DNA of 64,000 nucleotides from positions 1-64,000 of the forward strand of contig KZ538292.1 of NCBI GenBank assembly GCA_000934665.2, given 5' to 3'. The notes beneath the pieces were generated by a model, which worked only from the letters and a program-made list of their open reading frames with translations, ran no database searches and was not told the DNA's origin. This DNA comes from Catajapyx aquilonaris (taxonomy: Eukaryota). Both the position numbers and the translations under genes were made by a program. This document shows positions 1 through 13,528 of the stretch, in pieces (position 1 is the stretch's first letter; each line of letters opens with the position of its first letter).

Positions 1-336
1 GGCCTACAGGCGACGGATTTTTCAACAGTTTGACTACAGATGGCAGGGATGCGCCTGCTTGGAGCTGAATAATATATACAGTATATCAATAAAAAAATTG
101 TGATTTCTTTTATTTTATTTTTTTCAGAACTGATCACTATTCGGGGGAGAGATGGACAGATAAATCCGGAGCGACAAGTCGTCTTGCTGGCCTCGCATCG
201 ATCCGTCAAGACATCAGCTCCAGCCCTGGCCGCCATTTATCAATCTAATGATGGGAAACAACCCAGGATAGCACCCGGAACTCAAACCCTTGCCCCCCCA
301 AAATGGACACATTAGGGTTCACTCACTCAGAACTTC

Positions 337-808
337 GTGTGTGTAAACTCACACACTTGTGCATAAATGCCTAATGTGACAAAAGTGCAAAATTATGCAC
401 GAAAGAGTGCAAAATTATTCACACACTTACTGTTAGTGTTAGCGTGGGTAATGTGACACTAATGTTTAAAATACTGCAGTAAACGAAGTATGTAAAATTA
501 TTCACACAATTGGATGGTGTTATGCAATAATGAGTCAACCCACATGAGAACAGTTTTGAGAAAAGGGGCTTTAAATGTCACACATGTGAAATTAATTCAG
601 TGTCCTTTTCAGTCATTTATGGCAGGAGTATGCAGATTTTGCCAGCTTGATTTTACCTTAATGAAGGACGATCCTTTGGGTATGTGTTCCTGGGCTTAAC
701 TCCATTTTGACATATTTGTGGGCTGACACATTCTTGCATAACACCGTCCAACTGGTGAATGCTTGCATGAGAAATGTGACAAGTGTGTAAAATGTGTAGG
801 AATACACG
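337..808. mobile_element. Degenerate foldback/MITE-like element with internal inverted repeats
   Basis: 500-544 (attcacacaattggatggtgttatgcaataatgagtcaacccaca) is an imperfect reverse complement of 717-760 (tgtgggctgacacattcttgcataacaccgtccaactggtgaat). The outer acacacttgt (~351-360) pairs with acaagtgtgt (779-788). The motif (gt)gcaaaattat is also repeated internally. Boundaries are approximate and no TSD was seen. Confidence 0.55.
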
Positions 809-1120
809 TTAAGTTAATGCGCTTTTAAAAATTCTGTAATAAAATTGCAAAAAAGCGGTTTTTGAGGCTCGCTGAAAGTGGAACACACTTGCGGATTTTG
901 AAGGGTGACCATCCTGCGTCAAGTGATTGGTCCACCTTTGACCCCTGATTGTTCCTTCACTAACGGATCTATCCAAGAAACCGTAACTGACCATCATAAA
1001 AATGCCCAAGAGGATTTTTCCTGCCAAATCTGGCCACGATGAACCGTTGATTTTGGGACATTCCCCCAACATTTTTCCACCCCACAATCCTCCAGGGCCC
1101 TTGTTGCAGGTGAGATGAGT

Positions 1121-1121
<1 letters not shown>

Positions 1122-1148
<27 letters not shown>
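1122..1148. repeat. (TG)n microsatellite
   Basis: About 13 perfect TG units. Confidence 0.95.
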
Positions 1149-1151
<3 letters not shown>

Positions 1152-3229
1152 CCCCGCATGCCTAGTCGGAGACGTGATTTATAGACCAAGAATCACCGGA
1201 CACGAACAAGCTTCTAACGAGTTGGGAGCCTCACTTCCCAGGGCTATCCAATCCAGTCATAAACGCCCCCCCTCACCTGCCCTACCAACCACTTTCAAAA
1301 AAAGCAAGCTGTTTCACCTGCACTTGCCCGAGAGGTTATTAACAGCCTGACCCCTGCCCGAATAAAAACTTCCGGTGGTCGCACGTATAAGGATAGCCCC
1401 GTGACGGCCCCGGGTGTATATACACAACACCTTCGCCTTAAAAAAAATATAATGGGGGAGAGGGGGGTAGCCTAAAATTGTGTTGCGGTCACCTTTTGTT
1501 GGTCACACGATCAGGCCGGTTTTTCGAGGAGGGCTAGCTTTTAATTCCAATTACGCTCCCATAAACTGGCGCTAAACATGTTCCTAATTCGACTCCGGAG
1601 AGGATGAGAGTGTGGGTGACAATATCGTCAATTGGTCAAATTTAAATAATTCGGAGGCTGCAAATCCATCTTATGAAAACAACATGGTGGCAACTCCACG
1701 TGGTGGTGTGACAACATGGCGGCCTTGTTCGCGCCACAAAAATCCAAACAAAGAAAAACGGGAGTCAATTGGGTTCCCTCCTTCCCTCATCTGATTTTCT
1801 GGTCAAACTAGCTTCCAACCATCTCGTCCTTCCTGCTCTGTCATTGGCAGCTCTTAAATCACACCCCGTGACGTCACCATCGCGTGCTTCACTCGCCACC
1901 TGGACAACACTCTGACCTGTAACGAGGGCCACGTTACGTGAGGATTTACCACTTCAGAAAACATTCTCAAAGGGCCGTAAAAGACTTCAGCTTCGGACTG
2001 GAAAAAAAATGTATGGGGGGGGGGGGGGANCACTCCAATTATGACGCCTTTTTTCATCCTGTTAACTGTGAGAGGGTTTAAAATGGCCGCGATCGCCATT
2101 TTTTTTACCACGGATAGAGCGGGGTGTAACAAATAAAAACATGGCCTGGTTTGCCGACAAAGGGCTGCGTAATAAAACGCACGCTCAGCTAACCTTTATA
2201 TTACCAAACCCTTTTTGCTGTCCAGGAATCCTCGTTTCCTTTCCACCCCCCCTCGATTGGACTGCCCTGTTTATGGCTCGGTTTTCAAACGAACTCTAGG
2301 CCTTCAACCCTCCCGCACCGATCCCGCGTTAAGATAGGCCTACAGCCGGTTTTTAATATCCAAAGTCACCCTGAAACACGATTTTTAGCCAAATAACCAA
2401 CATATAAACTAATCCGTTGCCAAATTTTAGGCACTGCACCAGCACCGAATTGGTAAAGCTCACGGGGGCATGCATAAGGCTGGGATAGGAGTCTCATCTT
2501 TTAAAGCTAGTTTGAAACTACACTCGAGGAGTTTCCGGTTCTCTCTCTCTCTCTCTCGCTCTAAAAAAAGTAGTCAAATGACTCACGTGGTCAGTTGAAC
2601 ACCCCCCCCCCCCCTCTTTTCCAACATTTGAAACGTCAAATCAATAATTTTTTATATATATATTCGGTCCTCTCAAGTCTCATTTCCAACGGTGGGCAGG
2701 AGTGCAGCGGAAATAGGGCCATCACTGTCGCCCGGATACTTTAACTTCCTCCCCGCCATTTGAATTTCAAATTCTATCCGCGTCTCCCCTCCCCTTTTTC
2801 CCCCTCCACCCCCTACCCATCTCTCACTCCCCGCTCGTTTTTTAAGCCTGCCACCCTCCGTTTCCAACTACCACTCTTCTCTCAACCTCTCTCGTTTTTT
2901 GGGGGTGGCGGTGGTCCACAGGGCAAGGTGATTTTGGTTGGATTTTATCCGCTTCTGTTTAACCGATTTGGAGAATCTGCTGCTGGCAACATTGGGCCCG
3001 TGAGGTGTGCCGCTGTCCGCGGTGAGTCATCAGCTATAGTAGTACCACTTTCCTCCACAAAGTGGCAGGAGTGTGCAAAGAGGGAGGATGTTCCATCTAT
3101 GAGAGCAATATGGCACTACGTGGACAGTCAGAGGACTAGACAATGTTGCCAAATCTTGGACACGAGTTCACTAAATATAGTTAAATACAATATTATACAA
3201 TTCTAGCATTCATTAAAATAAGTCAAAAG

Positions 3230-3412
3230 AAAAAATTTAAATAACAAAATAAATTTAAAAATAAATTTAAACCAATAAATTTAAAAAATAATTTTAAACA
3301 ACAATAAATTTAAAAAATAAATTTAAACAGCAAGAAATTCAAAAAATAAATTCAAACAGCAATAAATTTAAAAAATAAATTAAAATAACAAGATAAATCC
3401 AAAATAAATAAA
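3230..3412. repeat. AT-rich minisatellite, ~26-28 bp unit (aataaatttaaaaaataaatttaaacagc-like)
   Basis: About 6 degenerate tandem copies of aataaatttaaaaaataa..aaac, strongly A-rich on the + strand. Confidence 0.8.
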
Positions 3413-5996
3413 TCTTCAAAATATATACTACTTAAATTTTTTTTTAAAAATAACTCAGCATATCATAGTGCAAAGCAAAAATACAGAATATTTGATAATA
3501 ATTGATTTTAATGCTCCAACCATGATATAGCATTATAGCTGCTGGGATATGATCAAAAAGTGTAATAACCAATCAAACCACTCTGATTCTGCGCGCGCAT
3601 CGTAATGTTGCCACACTTACACAATGGTTGGGCAGTAATTTGTGTGTCTAAAACAACACTAATTCAGCCCTCAGATATTGTTTCTTTTTAAAAAACACAA
3701 AAAAACAGGGGTGTCGAGACAAAAAAAAAATCAGTTCTCCACCTTTCTCACCTAGCAATAACGCCTAACCGCTCCGTCATTACCCAACCGCAAAAAGCCA
3801 GTCTTTTCAAAGAGACCAAAAATTTCCACCATTGTGCTCCGAGTCCTTATTATTTTTCCCTCCGGCCTGGAAAATAGGACCGGATCACGAACACCCCATT
3901 CACATATACGCCCCCCAAAAAATAGACAAGCCACGTGGGAGCACAACTCTCTTTTTTAAAAAACGAAAAAAATGAGGAAACATTCCAATGCGATCATAGA
4001 TCACGATTAGTGCGGGCCTGCACTTCTCTTTTTTTTTCCTCCGGTAAAATAATTAAGCGTGGGCTAATTTCAAGCCGGTGCTAAAGCGAATTTTTCACGG
4101 CTCTCATGCACCGGTTACGGACTTTTTAAGCGAGCCCAAGTGGATGTCTTCTTGCATACTAAATAGCCGAACGTGATGGGTTACGCAAGGTGTATACCGG
4201 GTGCTTGTGAAGTTACTCAACAAGATGTGAATTTGTCTTCTGTTGGATAGAGTCGACATCTGCCGGCCATGTTCTAGACATATTTATACACCCGTTTTTT
4301 AATGCTTTAAAATTTATTTATTTAGTTATTAGGGGGAACCACCGTGTGAATTCAGCTCCAGATAGCACCCTGTAGCTTAGGGCAGACCCAAGATGGCTGG
4401 TTGAGACAACTTCCCCTGCAGTCTATTGGCATTACTCGGAGTGGATGGAAACGAGGAGCACAAGGAGCACCGAACCATCATTAATTCACACGCAGGTTCT
4501 AATTAGCACTCTCTCTCCCCCCCTCTCTCCATGAAAATCTTCCTTCTGCGTGGAACAGCTATTGCGAGAGAATCCACGCATAAAACATTAAGATGAATGT
4601 GGAAAGTCGACGTCATGCATAATTACTCTCCTTCCAGCAAGGCAAGCAGCAGCAGTTCGAGTGCTCTGGCTATTAGCCATGCTGTCAAGATGACAACGCG
4701 CCATCTCATTACCACAATACTACTCTATGTAAGCCTACGCAACCGTAACAGCCAGAGTGGAAATTTTCCCGGGGCTAGAGAGATATGAATTCTACTACCG
4801 TATTAAATTATTCCTCATGCAATGGAACAAGCATTGTCGCAATTACATTACATCAAAAGAGCCACCGCTGCCAAGTATTGTTGCAACAGTAGCCTACCTT
4901 ACGGCTTGGAGCAAGTGTTCGTACAGCCTGAGTAAGCTGCTCGAGAGTTACTTTTGAACATTTTTCTCTCTATAATCTCTAATGATTGCAGCAAGATCGA
5001 GCGTGCGAGAATTGGCTTCTCGCTCACGCTTCCGATTCTCGCCAGCTTGTGTGTTCCTAACCTATAACAAAAGACTGGGCTGAAAATGTTTGCTGTCAAG
5101 GCAGATGGAAATTCCTGGCCGACACGCATCGGGTGAAGGAACGACAACAGAGTTTGACACCTGCTTATAATTTGGGAACCCGTGATTGGTCGACAGCCAT
5201 GAATTTAACGGTGAGAAGAATACAAGGCGCCCTCTGAGCGAAGATGATACCAAGCACACTTTGGGACAGCTGTCTTCTTGTCCGGAAATCTCCCCAATTT
5301 ACAGTGATAAATGAAGAATGCGACGGACACTTGGACAGTAAATAATATTCCAGGCCCAATTTTGAAACAAATGGTTTGTTTTTCAGTGTTTGGCCAGAGG
5401 TCAAGGTAACTTCGTTGTTGTTGTAAACCGTGCTCAGTTTTTGGTACCTCCCTTACCTCAATGCCACCATTTTGGGTGCCAGAAAACTTTTTCCGGGGGC
5501 AGCCTAAACGCCTCATTAATACCCAAGTTGGCCCGGACATTCTTTTACTGGAGTCCTAGATATCCTCTGGCAAAGAAATGTGCAGAGTCGACAAACCAAC
5601 ATCGTAAACACGCTCTTTTTTTTTCGGGTTCTTCTTTCTTACCATCAGCTGACGTAAACTGCTCCTCACTTCCTTGCATACAAGCACAAGCTTTCTGCAT
5701 TTCGCAAATCGACTATACCATCGGTGCCTAAGACAAATCGCTCCCCCACGTCTTGTGTACAAGGCCCATTTCCGGACTCCGGATATCCCCGGAGTTTTTC
5801 GGTGGGGAGGAATTGACCCCCCCCCCCCCCCCCNCCCCCCTCTCCATACACTCCTTTTCCTACAAAGTTCCGGTTCCGTGACGGTCTCAAAGTCCGGGCC
5901 AATGTCACCACTTGTGTGGGCTGAAATATTTGCTTACGTTACCCTCGAAACGGATAGGGTGGGGTCTGTTGACTCCGGTGTTGTCGCAAAGATGGA

Positions 5997-6022
5997 GTAC
6001 TCACCTAGAAAGAGAGAAAATG
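5997..6022 (-). other. Candidate recursive splice site (ratchet point), AG|GT junction at 6005/6004
   Basis: The minus strand reads cattttctctctttctag|gtgagtac, a strong 3' splice site fused to a consensus 5' splice site. Downstream cryptic donors lie at 5942 (gtaacg) and 5937 (gtaagc). Confidence 0.6.
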
Positions 6023-9000
6023 CATGTTGTGATTTTTTTCATACAAATTTTTATTAATATTGTCGTAGTCATATCTTAGCCCTAATTTGATTAACTTGGT
6101 CGTTGCACCAGGTTACAGTAGGCCAAGGTTTTTCTCCCAAGTTATCTTCCCAACCCAAACGATCTCTCGCAGAGTCTCAAGCAGCATCCAATGTTGACCG
6201 AACCGGACGCGCTGGGTCAGAATAACCCCACTTTACGACAATCCCATAAGAAACATCCAACCGCAAAGAATATCCTGGCACAAAACCAAGGCACACACAC
6301 TCCGATAATAATAATAATAAAATAACAAAAAAAAAATATCCGGAGACCTCTAGTGGGTGGTAGCGGAAGCTGTGTCCGAAGGGACATGGTTTCCGTTTGG
6401 TGCCCTGAACCGTCGTGTAAACAACGTCGCGCCTCTCTTTGCAGTACAGAGAGCTGAGGAAATCGTTAACCCTGATCCATTGTGAACCTCGGACCCCAAA
6501 CCGCGCCGTAATGAGCAAATAAATCCTGGGAGCTACGACGCGAGACCATAATACGACTCCTGCATGGGACCACAGAAAACGCTCTGATTTAGGCACGACC
6601 CGGATTTTTTTCTCGGGGTGTATATAAAACCAGACTCGACACACACACACACACCAAAAAATACTATTCAAAACTTACATACACTACATATACTTTAAAG
6701 GGGCTGAATCAGAGCCCCCATATCTGTTATCCAAAGTCTGAAGAGGGCGCTATTTATGAGGGGTGTTTTGAATAAGAGGGTGGAAAGTTAGTTCTGGCAT
6801 CACCAAGTCGTTGTGAAGGGGTTGAAATTAATTTCGGGGTTTTGGGCGCCAAATATTTGTTTGCTTCATGCAGCTGCTGGTGGGGGTGCCAGGGGTTAAC
6901 TACTTATTAAAACAGGATTTAGGGGATTTCAAATCTCTAAAATCCGCCACAGTATGGGACAAAGAGAGTGCAATTTTTGGATGGTCCTCATTCAAATTTA
7001 CCTACACAGCTTTACATAGCCTACTAAGCAAATTAAGAATGATCTTTGATTCACATATACGTGTACGTATGTTCACATGTTATTATAAAATTGAAGGTTT
7101 GGTATTACAACCGGCCCTATACGTCTGCCAGCCTGTCGTTACACAACATTTTATTGTCGGTCAATGTATTGAAAATTATAAAGTACCCTATTAAATATTA
7201 TCGCTGCATTTTTTTTCTCGAAAAAAAATATCTCCACCTGCGACACTTTCAGCAATGCTGGGGTACAGTCAGAATACAGCATTCTTAAATTTAAATGCAG
7301 ACGTTTAATAAAATGTTGAGCAAATTATCTTCATTTGACGGAGTTCATTTTCATGATCCAGAATAGAGAAAACCAAATATTTTTGCCAATTTTTTGCTGC
7401 TTCCCTTTCAAATGTCGATCAAAATTCATCGATATTTCAATAAATCAAAATCACGTATTAAAATTCCACCTTACAATAACCACACGTAAATTATTCGAGT
7501 AACACCACAGACACACCATTATTGGCTGATCTGAATCACGTGACAACCTAACTATGTAGATAATCTCTCACGTCTTGGTAGCATAATAATCTCACCACCA
7601 CCCCCCCTTCCATCTTTTCGCGGGGCAAACTTTTCGGCGAAAACACTTTTAAATCCACGTGCTCAATAAAAAGAGAGGGATCCGAAGCGGATTTATCGGA
7701 CAATTACTCCCCCCGTCTTTCACTTAATAACCGAGATTACCAAACGTGCCAGAAGTGACGGAATCGATTTCGGATTTTTCATCAGTCAGCTCATCCAATT
7801 ACAAGAGCTGGAGAATCTGGCTGGTCCAAAGACCAAAGAGGAGAGGAAGCCCACCCTTCCAAAAAAAGAAGAAAAGAGAAGTTTCATATCTGCTGAGAAT
7901 CAGAAGCGGTCGAGTCCTCTCCAAAAAATCGCCACTTAAGAAGTGAAGATTCTTAAGGAAATGGAAGGGGGGGAGACCAACTCACACATACATGCCACGC
8001 AGCCTCTCCCCTGCTGAGAAAGGTAATGGAGCTAGGTGTTAGGATGTGTTCATTCTAACCCCCTTTAAGAGCACTAAAGGGCCGCGCAATTAAAGCGCCT
8101 GAGATGTTGCCCACGCCCCTCTCAATAATCTGGACATCTTTGCGTGTCATCTGATTGCTTTTTGGTCCTTAACACCCCTCGGAAGGAGGCGGTTTATTCT
8201 ACAAGAATGTGTTCCTGGTTCAATCTCCACATGAGAGTAACATATCATATCAGTTTCTTTACATGACGCTAGATGGCCCCGCCTGATCAGAGGGCAGCAG
8301 CGCATCCTAACGAAAGGTCTTGGAATCACAATTCATACAGACTTAATTTAATCCGCTATAATTCAGTAATCAGCAATAAAATCAAAACTGAACCACAACT
8401 TCCATATGAACTTAACCAACACAACACAACGCGACAAAAATTAAAAATTATCGCTAAATATGACCCCAAGTTACTGATGTAACATCAGATTGCTTTACAA
8501 GCTTGCAAAAAAAATTAGCTCGATTTAACAAAAAAAATTAATCCATTCCTAAGGCCATACCATGCGATAATAGCTAATCAAAACTCTATTTAAACTTTGC
8601 CAATAATTTACCACAATTAGCACGAGCCCATGAATTTGTAATTAGCTTACTACATTAACTTTGCATCCCCCCTCCAAAAAAAAATCAACCTTACCACACC
8701 CAAGGGCCTCGTAGACCCTCCACCCCCCAAAAAGTGGGTGGCCCATACCCCAAACTATAATTGAATTCCCCATAATTTCTAGGGGGGAAAAAAATATTTC
8801 CAGCCATATTCCGCCGTCGGGGCACCCCCATCATTATTTTTATGCCCACCGCTTCCCCCATGACCCTCCCTCATTTTTGCAATATCACAACGTGTCACTC
8901 CCAGATAAACACCCTTCCATCCGAAAAAAAAGCCCATTTAAGAACCGAAAATGTGAGTTTGTAACAGATGGATCTCGGTCGTCATCTGAGCGAAAAATAC

Positions 9001-10574
9001 GTTCCCGTCATCATCCCGTGGGTACACAGTAAATATGTACATGCAAGAAGAGCAGCAGGCTTCTGACTGGAGTAATGAGCCATGGCGTCCCATTCAAAAG
9101 CGACCCTACGCTTTTGTTTCCCGCTGGCCGCACATTGGTCATTCCTCATTCCCCCCCACCCCTTGTACCACACTATTGTGTCCATCATATTTTTTGAGGG
9201 GGGGGGGGGGGGNGGGGGTTGGAACCTAGCTTTACATCCGTGCTATAGAAAGTGTCACGAGCCCCAGTTGCAAAACACGTGACTGAGTAGCAAATGGCAT
9301 AATAAAGTAGCCCAAAATATCGGGAAGCTTCAAAAAAAAACTTAGCTGTGTGGTGAACGGTGGACGAGAGTGACGACAATGAATGATGTCCTGCACTATT
9401 GTTAAGAGTTAGACAAAATTGCGACGATCCCCTTACAATTTTTACATTAGTGGAGAATAAATGAATATAATATAGAATTGGCTCGGCTCTGTGCCTCTGT
9501 TTGCCAGCGGTGAATCATCAGATTTGTGAAAAGGTGAGCATCATCTATGTGAGAAACATTGTACTACGTTCACAGTCTGGGGGGTATAGTACAGGGCAGT
9601 GCTGCCAAATTTTGGCAAGTTACCTCTCGAATATGTAATAAAATAATATACTACAAATGTGATATAAAAATAATATAGGTCTGCATAATGATGTTGTATT
9701 GCAAAATAAAAATGAAGGAAAATTGAAATAATTTTAATCATTCACCCAGATATGCCTAGACTCTAGAGTCCTCCATATACGACACTTGTACAATTGTCAT
9801 ATTTTTATTTATTGGGTGTTAGTTCCTCATTAGCTAAAACTGAAAGAAAATATTCAATTTTTAAGGAAATTCAGGCATATCACACAGTATCTGGCATGTT
9901 CCAAAGTGTAAGCCGATATTAATAATAATATATCAAATATATGCTATGCACTGTGGTATATGACCAAAACAGCTGTCCCCAACCCCAAAAAAATCTGTCA
10001 TCAGTTTTTCTGGCGCAATATGTTTTTATGCCCCCCCCCCACCTCCCCCCCAACCCATTTCCAAAAAATGCTCACCCAGTAGGAAAATTTCCAGACTCCA
10101 TAACCCACACTTGTAAGTTTCCCGCAGAGTCAGGAGGTGCGAGAATCTTATATTTCGACCCAGATTTCTATGCGATCCTAGGTCTGCAGCTCCCCGTACT
10201 TACACACTTCCCTCTCTTCTCCATAATTGCAGGAGGTCCAGCCTATCGCAGCCCTAGATCGACTAGTGTAATGGAATCGCTCCGGAGTTAATTACCGCAA
10301 CTTTTACGGGGGCCAATCCGGGCACCAAATGGGTATGCAAAAGGGCCGTTTTCTTATTTTACAGCACAATATTTGCCGCGATAGGGTGACATCACGGTGC
10401 TTGCAAACGTGACGTAATTACGTGCAAAGGCTATATGCACACGTCAATGCGGAATTTAAGCTTTGTGAAGAATGACAAGTTTTTTTTTTGTGGGACACTA
10501 GGTCTCTTTTAGCTTTTTCTCTGCTTGGCTTGCCTAAGGACAATCGCTGTCAGCAACGCTCAACCTTGTTTGCT

Positions 10575-10610
10575 CCTTACCTGTCACCCTCTGGAAGAGT
10601 CAAGAGCAAG
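10575..10610 (-). other. Candidate 10-nt microexon (10590-10581) with flanking splice signals
   Basis: The minus strand reads cttgctcttgactcttccag|AGGGTGACAG|gtaagg. Confidence 0.35.
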
Positions 10611-13268
10611 CTGGAGTCTCAATTTCCGAGGGTCCCCTGCTTGTTTATTGTGACGTCTGGATCACTTGCCAGGAGATATTGTCTCCAATTTTACATATTA
10701 TTATGCCACGGCCTCTGGTAGGGTTCACCGAAGGAACTAGAGAGGACTCTTCAGCCTGCATTCTCCTCCAGATGAATTTGGTGTCACATAAATGAACGAC
10801 ACATTCTGAGACATATGACAAAAATGGAAAAGCGCCATCTATGTGACCCGATTTGGGTACTACGGAGGTCACAAATCAAAAAAACCACTGGCCTAGTACT
10901 TACACAGCGTTACGTGCCTGCTAGCGTAATCCACCCGTGTTTATTACAGCAATTTTCACTTGAGGCCTTCAAAACAAGCGCACGTTTTTAATGCCCCTCT
11001 CTTTTCCCCGGATTTTCTCACCATTGTAAATCTGCATAGTAGCACTACAGGAAATGAACCGTCCAGAGAGAGAGAGCTTACAAGCCCGCCTAATCCCGCC
11101 ATATCTCAACTTCTGGGGCCAATAAATAAGTGCCCATTCCCCTTGGGCCAAAACTTCCTTTACACAATCCTATATACATCCATAATAATCCGCCCACGAT
11201 GTGCTTTCCAAAAAATCGCGCCCACAATTTTTTTCTTCTTCATATTTTTTTTTAAATATTATACGGAGCAAGCCCTAGGGCCGAACTAATTTCCAAACTG
11301 CTGTATATGGGAGGAGCCTATGTGGTCAAGATTGATGACGTGTCCTGGAATCCTGTGCTCCATATTTATACTGGTCCCCTTCCGCTCTTTTGTATCGTTG
11401 GAGTCTTCCGCCTTCTGCTATATGCACTTTTCGGGAGGGGGTATATGGTATGCCCCCCTCAGCCACGTTATCACCCATCTCGGAAACTGCACATAAAAGC
11501 ACGGAAGAATTGTTTCAGGGGCCCCCCTTTGGATGGCTGGAAATGAATGGGAAGCCGCAATTCGGGCATATCTTTTCATCTTTTCTTTTTATATGGTCGT
11601 GGCCCGGTGCCACTGATTCACATGTGGACCAAATCTGGCCAGACAACCAGGCGTGTATATGGTGCTTCTTCTGCTCTAGTAAGCGGTGGACTAACAATCC
11701 CTAGGTTCTTGAACGAGCTGAGAGATTTTTCGGCCCAAAAATAAACCCCATTAGGAAACATGTGGAGGGAACTAATAACGTCTGGCAGCACAAGTCGATT
11801 TTGACACCTAAAATAAACGTGCGTCGTCAGGTTCGGCATGTTGCTTTTTCTTATGGAGGTTGAAATATCGCCAAAAACATGATGGTATATAGTATACATG
11901 TGCACAGCCAACAATGAACAAGCCACGCTTTATTGGCAAAATATGCGCAACAAAGACAATTTCATGCAGTGCAATGAACTAAATAAGTTAGGAATTATCC
12001 AGCACTTCTCATGTTAGAATTTATTTATAGGCCCTTTTCGATCTAGCCTTAAAATACATGGCTAAGTATGGTACAGTGAGGCTGAATAATTAAATTACCC
12101 AGGAGTGAAAAAAAATTTACAAAATAAAAAATGCAACAAACTAAAACAGCAACATTACTACTATTTAAACAGCTGAAGAGAAAAATATAATGCCATTCAC
12201 ACTTCAAAATGAATAATGAGCGTGATAAACTTTGTAGTTCACTCTACTGAATGTCGCGTATGAATATGTAATATTTTAAGCCTACGTTTATACGTCTGCA
12301 ATAATTGCTGACGTAAGAAAACAAAACATTTTTCTAATTAATAATAATTATTAGTTAGAAAAAATGTTTTGTTTTCTTTCAATCATTGTGCGGTTCACTT
12401 TTCCACGGGAAAAAAACAAATGTGATGAGAGTTCATCTGGCAGCGTTTGCACCGGTACTCTCTTATCTCAAAAGTACCCAGTGGAAGTAATTTGTTAAGA
12501 ATACAACGCCCCTTCAATTGGACTCAAATTGCTCCTGGCTGGAACGGCACAAAATTTGTGACGCGCCATATCCTTTTGGCACACAGTTTCAGGTGGAAAT
12601 CAGGGCACCGTTCTGCCATCTGTTGGCATCTACCCAGCACCAAAATACATTTCCCCCCATCCATTACACCCATATGGAAATGGCAACAACAAATTTACAA
12701 CACGAACCGAAACAACACCTGATTGTTTCTCATCACAAAAAAAATGTTAACTACACCCACATAAAAAACAACGGCTCATTTCATCCAGGACTGGCCCGTA
12801 TGACCTCATGACCATAATTATTTTCTTCCAGTACCTTGAAAGCTCCCCAATTTCCAGCCGGGTACGCGATGACTAATAGTGTCTGACCTTTCCTTCATCA
12901 TTTATTTCGGAAAAGCCCAGGCGGCACAGGCCTGTTTTACAGAAGAAAAAAAACCATCGCCAGCTCCTTGGCATTAGCGATGCGATACTGAATAATCTGA
13001 TGTGGGCGGGGTCAAAGTTGACTGTTTTTCTCGCCCCAGCTTTTGAAGTCCATGTGCCGAATGTTAATTTGTTTACGACTCCAGAGCGGCCCTGCAAAGG
13101 ACTCATGCAAATTCTAGGGGCTTTCATGGCACGCTTCCTAGGAGAACTTCAGGTGTGATTTGAATGCTTGGTTCGCTCTTAAGGGTCATGCATGTGTGTA
13201 AGGAAACTCTCTTCAAGCTGTTTTGCACGTCAACACCAACCCTGTAATGGCTCCAAAAGCTCTAAGAG

Positions 13269-13528
13269 TATGTAAAGAGGAAGATTCCAACGTCAAATTA
13301 AACCCACCAAAAACCTTTCTGTAAAAAAAAGGCCAAGTTCTCCTGACTGCTTGGCCGTCAAAAGTGGTGAGATCTGAAATACGGCCAAGTTCAACGTCGT
13401 TGTCAATTACTGGCATTCTCAAATTCTTCAACCTAAACCACTAACTTTATTTTTCCAGGTCGACCTTAAGTTTAATCATAAAAATATGTAAAGAGGAAGA
13501 TTCCAACGTCTCCAGTCAAATTAAATCC
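13269..13528 (+). repeat. Short local direct duplication
   Basis: tatgtaaagaggaagattccaacgtc (26 bp) is identical at 13269-13294 and 13485-13510. Both copies are followed by (gtc)aaattaaa. Confidence 0.85.

Noticed and set aside
100..315. Strong + strand acceptor (ttttatttttttcag at 127) and following ORF
   Set aside because: No matching donor or recognisable peptide, and T-rich tracts ending in AG are common here.
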